This document shows, in pieces, positions 20,240-25,052 of a stretch of DNA of 25,052 nt. Both the position numbers and the translations under genes were made by a program. The notes under the pieces were generated by a model, which worked only from the letters and a program-made list of their open reading frames with translations, did no database searches and had not been told where the DNA came from. Numbering within the stretch: position 1 is the first letter of the stretch; each line of letters begins with the position of its first letter. Origin of the DNA: Campylobacterota bacterium. Lineage in GTDB: Bacteria; Campylobacterota; Campylobacteria; Campylobacterales; Sulfurimonadaceae. Location of the stretch: assembly GCA_034661055.1 (NCBI GenBank), contig JAYEKO010000009.1, positions 1-25,052 of the forward strand, written 5' to 3'.

Positions 20240-20491
20240 ATGCATACAAATCAAACCTATGAAAAAGTATCATTTAATTTACCTACTGAGATAAAAGAAG
20301 AAGTTGTAAAACTCAAAGAAACCCTCCATGTATCTCTAAATACCATCTATAAAACAGCAATTGCAGAATATGTCCAGAGGCAGGAAGTGGCAAAATGGGA
20401 AAAGGCAGCAAAACTTGCTTCTGAAGATGAAAATTACATTAAACTTTGTGAAGAGCTAGCAGATTCTGAGGATGACTTTTATGAATATTGA
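20240..20491 (+). CDS. Ribbon-helix-helix (CopG-like) antitoxin
   Basis: 83 aa with KVSFNLPTEIKEEV beta-alpha-alpha pattern and an acidic C-terminus; overlaps the downstream toxin. Confidence 0.75.
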   Translation: MHTNQTYEKVSFNLPTEIKEEVVKLKETLHVSLNTIYKTAIAEYVQRQEVAKWEKAAKLASEDENYIKLCEELADSEDDFYEY

Positions 20492-20840
20492 ACAAGGAGA
20501 GATATGGCTAGTGAACTTTAACCCAAGTGTTGGTAATGAGATTCAAAAGACAAGACCATGCGTAGTTATAAATGACAACAAGCTTGGAAGATTTGGTTTA
20601 AAGATTGTTGTTCCTATCACGCAGTATAAAGAACATCTTAGTAATTATCCTTGGATTCTAAAAATAGAAAATAACGCAAAAAATGGCTTGTCTAAAGAAT
20701 CCGCTTTTGAGTGTTTTCAAACAAAAAGCTTCTCGGTAAAAAGATTTATAAAGAAAATCGGGTATATTGAAAAAGAAGATATTTTAGAGATTCACAAAAC
20801 AGTGGCAAAAACGCTAGACCCTAAATATAAGCTTATATAG
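20481..20840 (+). CDS. mazF: MazF/PemK-family endoribonuclease toxin
   Basis: QGEIWLVNFNPSVGNEIQKTRPCVVI...IVVPIT...NGLSKES. Start re-called at ATG 20481 (SD GAGGA). Confidence 0.9.
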   Translation: MNIEQGEIWLVNFNPSVGNEIQKTRPCVVINDNKLGRFGLKIVVPITQYKEHLSNYPWILKIENNAKNGLSKESAFECFQTKSFSVKRFIKKIGYIEKEDILEIHKTVAKTLDPKYKLI

Positions 20841-20890
20841 TTTTTAAAGCCATTGAGTTGATGTTTCATAGGCACTAGCAGCGAGACTGA

Positions 20891-20975
20891 CTATTTTTTA
20901 GTAGTATCTACATATTTTTTACTAACCCAGTAGTTCTCTTTGCTCGCAATTTTCAACCAGCCATTTTTTTTCAGT
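20891..20975 (-). pseudogene. Possible 3' remnant of an SH3b-domain gene
   Basis: Minus strand reads ...LKKNGWLKIASKENYWVSKKYVDTTKK*, resembling the SH3b C-terminal NGWxKI...WVSxxYV pattern. No start codon. Confidence 0.35.
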
Positions 20976-20992
20976 ATATTACCAAGTTTATA

Positions 20993-21030
20993 TTGACTCT
21001 TGTGTATAAATTAATGTATAATTATACACA
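20993..21030 (+). promoter_or_regulatory. Promoter with overlapping palindromic operator for the second TA operon
   Basis: TTGACT (20993-20998), 18-nt spacer, TATAAT (21017-21022). Inverted repeat TGTGTATAA (21001-21009) / TTATACACA (21022-21030). Confidence 0.7.
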
Positions 21031-21047
21031 TAAATAGGAGTGACACT

Positions 21048-21266
21048 ATGAATACAGTTAGATTAAATATAACTCTTCCATCTTCGGTAAATGATGATAT
21101 AACCCGATATTCAAAAGAGCTTAATGAGAAAAAAAGTCATTTAATAACTTCTGCTCTTGATATGTATTTTGATTATTTAGATATCAAAGTAGCTGAAAAA
21201 AGACTCAATGACCCTAATGAGACAACAATACCTATGGAAGATATGAGAAAAGAGTTAGGCTTATAG
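21048..21266 (+). CDS. RHH-type (RelB-like) antitoxin
   Basis: 72 aa, VRLNITLP RHH strand, C-terminal TIPMEDMRKELGL typical of RelE-partner antitoxins; AGGAG SD. Confidence 0.8.
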   Translation: MNTVRLNITLPSSVNDDITRYSKELNEKKSHLITSALDMYFDYLDIKVAEKRLNDPNETTIPMEDMRKELGL

Positions 21267-21267
21267 T

Positions 21268-21552
21268 TTGTATATATTAGAGTATGCACGTTCATTAAAG
21301 AAAGAATTTAAGACTATAGATAAACATAATCAAGCATTTATCCTTTATTCCCTTGAGGAATTTATACAAAAATTCTCTTCTGAATATGAAGCAACTTTAA
21401 TGAGTACTGGTAAAATTAAAAAACTCAAAGGACAGCAAGAAGTACTATATCGTTTAAAGCTTCGTTCTTATAGAGTTGTTTATAAAAAGTATGAAGACAG
21501 ACTAGTCATTTTAGTTTTACATGTAACTACTCGAGAGGGTGCTTACAGGTAA
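21268..21552 (+). CDS. relE: RelE/ParE-family toxin (RelE-like)
   Basis: KKLKG...LYRLKLRSYRVVY...LVILVLHVTTREGAYR; TTG start 1 nt after the antitoxin stop. Confidence 0.88.
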   Translation: MYILEYARSLKKEFKTIDKHNQAFILYSLEEFIQKFSSEYEATLMSTGKIKKLKGQQEVLYRLKLRSYRVVYKKYEDRLVILVLHVTTREGAYR

Positions 21553-21813
21553 GTATTCATTCGAAAAAAAGCTTTCCCGTCTATATTTGAAACTGCTGTA
21601 AGTGCTTTTAAATTGAAAGCTAATGATATTTCCAATTCTATATTAATGGCTTTAATTGTTTCGATTAAGAACCAAAATACAGAATTAAAACAAACTTTAA
21701 ATAATGTAGAAAATGACAATACTATACTTCTAAACATTGATTTAGATAGTTTTCATGATTTAATGAACGAAGTTGAGGATAATTTAGAAATACTTTTAAA
21801 ATTAGCTGCAAAT

Positions 21814-22290
21814 AAAACAGTGAAATACCCACCTAGCTGTCGGTGTAGACGTTGGCTTGCCTTTTTGGTCAGGAATTGTACTATCAGTTTTTGAGAGTTC
21901 TTCTCTAATACGATACTCCAATGCTGCATACACCATAAGCGATAGCGTCATAATAAAAAGGAGTGCTTCAATGCGTTCTGGTGACTTTATAAAGATAGCA
22001 TCACTTAAAAACTCTTTGCCTTTTAAAAACCTAAACCCTCTCTCATTAATATGCTGGTTTTTATAATTATCAAATATATCCTTAGGCTCCAAGCTTAGGT
22101 CATTAGTAGCTAATACAAAGTGAGACTTTTGATGTAAATTATCGTAAAATCCTTGTAGTGATGATGCTAAAGTAAAAGAGCTACTGTAAACATAATAGTC
22201 ATAATCTTTTTTGGATTGTTTACTTGGTCTTCCTGCTTTGGAGTAACGACCTTTTTTGATTATTGCTGTCTCTATTATTTCAATATTTTT
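21814..22290 (-). mobile_element. IS1634-family transposase internal fragment (pseudogene)
   Basis: One open frame from about 22290: KAGRPSK...FVLATND...YKNQHINERGFRFLK...KSPERIEALLFIMTLSLMVYAALEYRIR...PDQKGKPTSTPTARWVF. Truncated at both ends. Confidence 0.85.
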
Positions 22291-22428
22291 CCGCTGTATT
22301 ACAATTGTTTTACCTATGTTTTTTACAATCTCTTAGCAAAAAGTATTCTCTTATTGATAGTGAAGTGTGTTTAGAATAGAAACAACCCCTATTTTTAGGA
22401 GTTTTTTAATTATTTAGTTTAGGAATTT

Positions 22429-22445
22429 GGTGTGAGGAAAGTGAG
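22429..22445. repeat. Possible IS1634 terminal inverted repeat
   Basis: GGTGTGAGGAAAGTGAG resembles, from memory, IS1634 ends of the ...GTGCGGAATGTGRG type, and abuts an unrelated IS3 fragment. The partner end is not seen. Confidence 0.35.
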
Positions 22446-22446
22446 T

Positions 22447-22485
22447 AATATAATATCTATGGATGGTAAAGGCAGAGCTACTGAC
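22447..22485 (+). mobile_element. Tiny IS3-family transposase remnant
   Basis: Reads NIISMDGKGRATD, the conserved SMDGKGRxxDN integrase-core motif of IS3-family OrfB. Confidence 0.7.
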
Positions 22486-22519
22486 AAGCATGGATTTTGT
22501 CTAATTCATCACTAGACAT

Positions 22520-22540
22520 AGAGGGCTTAACTAACCCTCT
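22520..22540 (-). terminator. Hairpin immediately after the stop of the nuclease operon
   Basis: AGAGGG-C-TTA/AC/TAA-CCCTCT stem; lacks a clear U-tract. Confidence 0.3.
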
Positions 22541-23376
22541 TATAATCTCATAGGCATAACTTGACATTCGATAATCTCTTTATGCTCTTCAGCGTAATAT
22601 AATGCAGATTTATGAAATACATCTTCAGCAACTATATATAAGAGTTTCATTTTATAACCTCCACTTACATATAATGGATGTTTCATCATATAGTCTCTAG
22701 CATCTTGTCTTGAGACTTTTAGTTCTTTATCTCTTACTTTATATGAACTTTGAGCACTCCAGTTTTTACATTGAATAAAGTATATATTTCTATTCATTTT
22801 GGCAATAATATCTATTCCATGGTCTTTAACTCCATTGTCTTTTCCATGTTCTGCAATTGTATATCCTTGCTCTCTAAGATGGTTGGCAATAAAAGCTTCA
22901 TATGCATCACCTTTTTCTTTTTTTTCTTTTTTTGATAATGGTTTTTCTTTAGATTCTTTTTCTAATTCCAATAAAGCTAATAACTGTGTATTACTCTTAA
23001 TTGATGGTTTCCATCTTACAAATTTTGTTTTGTTTCTTGTATTATATTTTTGTACTCCACCGTTATCAATTCCTGCATCAGTTACTAACAACCATTTTCC
23101 CTCTCTTTTTACCCATTTTAATTTTTCAAATATCTTATTGAGTTCTCTAGGTGAGATTTTAAAATGCTCACTTAGTTCTGAGACTCTAAAGGTTCTATGT
23201 TTATTAGTTGTATCCTTTTTATAAGTTTTGAAATTATTCATTGCATGTTTTGTATAACTTGTTTTTTTGGTAAAATTTTTTCTTTTGTTTCTTTTTCTAT
23301 TTTTTCCTGCTTTTTGTGTACTAGTTTTTAAAAACACTACTACTATAAATATAATAATAAATGTAGTAATTTCCAT
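22540..23376 (-). CDS. Membrane-anchored KilA-C-like domain + Mrr-type restriction endonuclease
   Basis: N-terminal TM (ITTFIIIFIVVVFL) and basic stretch; middle module VSELSEHFKISPRELNKIFEKLKWV...GG...FVRW; Mrr_cat motif GDAYE...DHGIDII...FIQCK. Confidence 0.8.
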   Translation of the reverse strand: MEITTFIIIFIVVVFLKTSTQKAGKNRKRNKRKNFTKKTSYTKHAMNNFKTYKKDTTNKHRTFRVSELSEHFKISPRELNKIFEKLKWVKREGKWLLVTDAGIDNGGVQKYNTRNKTKFVRWKPSIKSNTQLLALLELEKESKEKPLSKKEKKEKGDAYEAFIANHLREQGYTIAEHGKDNGVKDHGIDIIAKMNRNIYFIQCKNWSAQSSYKVRDKELKVSRQDARDYMMKHPLYVSGGYKMKLLYIVAEDVFHKSALYYAEEHKEIIECQVMPMRL

Positions 23377-24263
23377 TAGTAGGTTTGTACTCCAAACTTC
23401 AACAACATCTTTGGTAGCACATCATCAAGATTAAATACTTCCTTATCTGTCAGCTCTATAAGTTTAAAGTCATACTTTTCATATATCGCTTTTTTAATCT
23501 TTTTTCTCTCAAGATATTTAGGTTCATTTTCTAAACCCCAAAACTCTATATATACTTTACCGGTAGGAATATAGAAATCACAATACATTTCCTCTTCAAT
23601 TGGTAAACGTCTTTCATAAGCGTGTACAATCTCTGCCATGTAAAGCCAATTATCTATAAGCATTTCTGCTTTACTTCTTACAAAGTGTCCATCTGTAGCT
23701 CTGTGTTTTGCTTCAAATTTAGTTCTAAAATCTTCTGACTTAGATTTATTTACTTTTTTTTGCGTTTCTTCACTTGCATCACCAAGAACTTCTTTGATTA
23801 CCTCTTGAAATGCTGTATTTGTAAATATATCTTCTGGCCATTCAACATAAGGAACTCCATTTTTACTATTTTCTTTTTGAATACCGCCATTTTTCATTCC
23901 AAGATTGCTGATCGTCCAACCTTTAAGATAACGCTCTATCCAACCGATTTCAGAAAGAATCATATTTATTTTACGAGCAGAAATATTATGTTTACTTCCT
24001 ATAGCTGTAGCACTAATATACTTTTTGCCTTGAGTAATAGTCCTATCAGTTACTTCAAGAGTTTCAGGCCATACAATATAAGTTCCAAATCTAGCATGAG
24101 TTGTCAGTTCCCCTCCTTTATCCTTTCCCTTACTAGTTAATATAAATCCATTATCGTTTTTTTCTATATATTTTATGGCTAGTAGTAGCTCATCTAGTTT
24201 ATTTTTTGATAGTGATAGGTTTTTAGCTAACTGACTTGTTGATATTAATTTTATATTTGACAT
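23376..24263 (-). CDS. Tandem KilA-C-like domains + C-terminal PD-(D/E)XK (Vsr/DUF559-like) nuclease domain
   Basis: Two ~65-aa repeats (ISTSQLAK...GG...YIVWPE; ISATAIGS...GG...YVEWPE), then RSKAE...YE...CDFYI...YIEFWG...KKAIY. The stop overlaps the next start (TAATG). Confidence 0.7.
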   Translation of the reverse strand: MSNIKLISTSQLAKNLSLSKNKLDELLLAIKYIEKNDNGFILTSKGKDKGGELTTHARFGTYIVWPETLEVTDRTITQGKKYISATAIGSKHNISARKINMILSEIGWIERYLKGWTISNLGMKNGGIQKENSKNGVPYVEWPEDIFTNTAFQEVIKEVLGDASEETQKKVNKSKSEDFRTKFEAKHRATDGHFVRSKAEMLIDNWLYMAEIVHAYERRLPIEEEMYCDFYIPTGKVYIEFWGLENEPKYLERKKIKKAIYEKYDFKLIELTDKEVFNLDDVLPKMLLKFGVQTY

Positions 24264-24416
24264 TTAGTGTTCCATACTTTAAATTTGGTCTTTTTCATTT
24301 CCATGTTTAATATGTCTTGGTATCTACATTAAAATCAAAGCAATTAAGTTTATTTCCAACTAAAGAAGATTTAACACCGTTGTCACTCCAATCTGCTAGT
24401 GTAGACTCAACCAATC

Positions 24417-24425
24417 ATTATAACA
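24417..24425 (-). promoter_or_regulatory. Extended -10 promoter possibly driving the nuclease operon
   Basis: TGTTATAAT on the minus strand about 155 nt upstream of ATG 24263. Confidence 0.4.
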
Positions 24426-24458
24426 CATTAAAAAAAAGCTACAAATTACACCCCGAAT

Positions 24459-24684
24459 GGCTATATTAGCGTTAATGGTGGGAATTTATAATCTTTTATT
24501 TTATATCTAGTAACCATTTTTAAGAAACCATTGGCTGTTAATTCCTTTTGAGTATCAAGTACACGCATCCAACCAAGATAATTATGTAAATATTTCGTTG
24601 AAACCCCATGAAAAGGAATCATCCAATTTTTTAACCTGCTATCGTAAGCATTGACATTTTGAATATGATAGACTCCTCGTATGC
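24459..24684 (-). mobile_element. IS1595-family remnant: transposase C-terminus (24679-24461) and right terminal repeat
   Basis: Reads [39 protein letters not shown]...FPPLTLI*, the IS1595 C-terminal motif. The stop lies inside the end sequence GGCTATATTAGCGTTAATGGTGGGAA (from 24459). Confidence 0.88.
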
Positions 24685-24722
24685 TACACCCCTCATATGC
24701 TACACCCCTATGCTACACCCCT
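24675..24722 (+). repeat. Three tandem copies of TATGCTACACCCCT
   Basis: Copies at 24680-24693, 24696-24709 and 24709-24722. Confidence 0.95.
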
Positions 24723-24890
24723 GTGATTGAATCTCCACTTTTATGCAAGATTTCGAAAGGCTGAGATGATGGCTCCTTGCATGTAACTATTTGAAATGAG
24801 AGTTCCTTTAGGTTACATGCAAAGAGTAAAGTCTTGATAACTATTTTTGAGAGGCAACCGAAAAAGTGGAGATTCATTCACAGGGGTGTA
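24714..24890. mobile_element. 177-bp MITE-like element with 29-bp terminal inverted repeats
   Basis: TACACCCCTGTGATTGAATCTCCACTTTT (24714-24742) vs AAAAGTGGAGATTCATTCACAGGGGTGTA (24862-24890), 28/29 complementary. TA at both termini, internal nested inverted repeats, no transposase. Confidence 0.8.
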
Positions 24891-24929
24891 AATTGCAGCC
24901 ACTAATACCGTTGTAATTATCTTTTTCAT
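24891..24929 (-). pseudogene. 5' stub of a secreted-protein gene cut by the MITE
   Basis: AGGAG SD (24941-24937), ATG 24929, MKKIITTVLVAAI signal-peptide start, then runs into the MITE TIR and stops at 24813. Confidence 0.65.
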
Positions 24930-24939
24930 CTCTATTCTC

Positions 24940-25050
24940 CTATTTTTTATCTAGGGCTTTTTTTGCACCATCTATCATGCCGCTAAATGCACCTTTTCCA
25001 ATTTTTACCATTTTCTCAGATAAGACAACTATCTCATCTTTAGTAATTTC
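24940..25050 (-). CDS. 3' end of a helical hypothetical protein continuing beyond the window
   Basis: EITKDEIVVLSEKMVKIGKGAFSGMIDGAKKALDKK*; open frame up to the window edge, with the stop overlapping the SD of the next gene. Confidence 0.6.
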   Translation of the reverse strand, partial: EITKDEIVVLSEKMVKIGKGAFSGMIDGAKKALDKK

Positions 25051-25052
25051 TG

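Noticed and set aside
21613..21894. 93-aa ORF as a real gene
   Set aside because: Chimeric: its last ~27 codons are the antisense of the IS1634 fragment, and its TTG start has no SD.
22750..24140. Plus-strand ORFs 22750-22935, 22799-23224 and 23760-24140, and similar short antisense or alternate-frame ORFs across the window
   Set aside because: Shadow frames of well-supported genes, with no SD and no recognisable motifs.
23376..24263. 'Glycerol kinase' label that I recall being attached to similar proteins
   Set aside because: No FGGY kinase motifs and the protein is too short; the sequence shows repeats plus a nuclease-like domain.
24308..24415. Short minus-strand frame LVESTLADWSDNGVKSSLVGNKLNCFDFNVDTKTY*
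   Set aside because: About 35 codons, no SD and no recognisable family; cannot be separated from chance.
20126..24460. Integron cassette array (TA and nuclease cassettes)
   Set aside because: No recurring attC-like RYYYAAC...GTTRRRY hairpins between the genes, mixed orientations, and no integrase in the window.
24675..24722. Possible mini-CRISPR array
   Set aside because: Repeats are 14 nt with 0-2 nt between them; no spacers, leader or cas genes.

Overview
AT-rich bacterial window, most consistent with Campylobacterota (Sulfurimonas/Sulfurovum-like); this is inferred from the protein families, the fliW-valS linkage and the promoter style. 1-124 is the right end of an IS66-family element. 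362-9731 is a tightly coupled nine-gene MSHA/Cts-type (type IV filament/T2SS-like, probably DNA-uptake) operon with no pilin gene. 9738-20125 is housekeeping: Rep/UvrD helicase, fliW, valS, SulP, GNAT, a NapL-like WD40 protein, RhlE with a long candidate structured leader, and a divergent stand-alone degenerate helicase C-terminal-domain protein. From about 20130 to the end is an accessory, decaying island: two type II TA modules (RHH/MazF and RHH/RelE), fragments of IS1634, IS3 and IS1595 transposases, a 177-bp MITE-like element with 29-bp terminal inverted repeats and a triplicated junction, and several gene remnants. The best candidate for an undescribed system is an intact, translationally coupled two-gene operon (22540-24263). 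Its genes share three copies of a KilA-C-like module fused to two different PD-(D/E)XK-type nucleases, one of them membrane-anchored. All family calls were made by eye; no searches were run.
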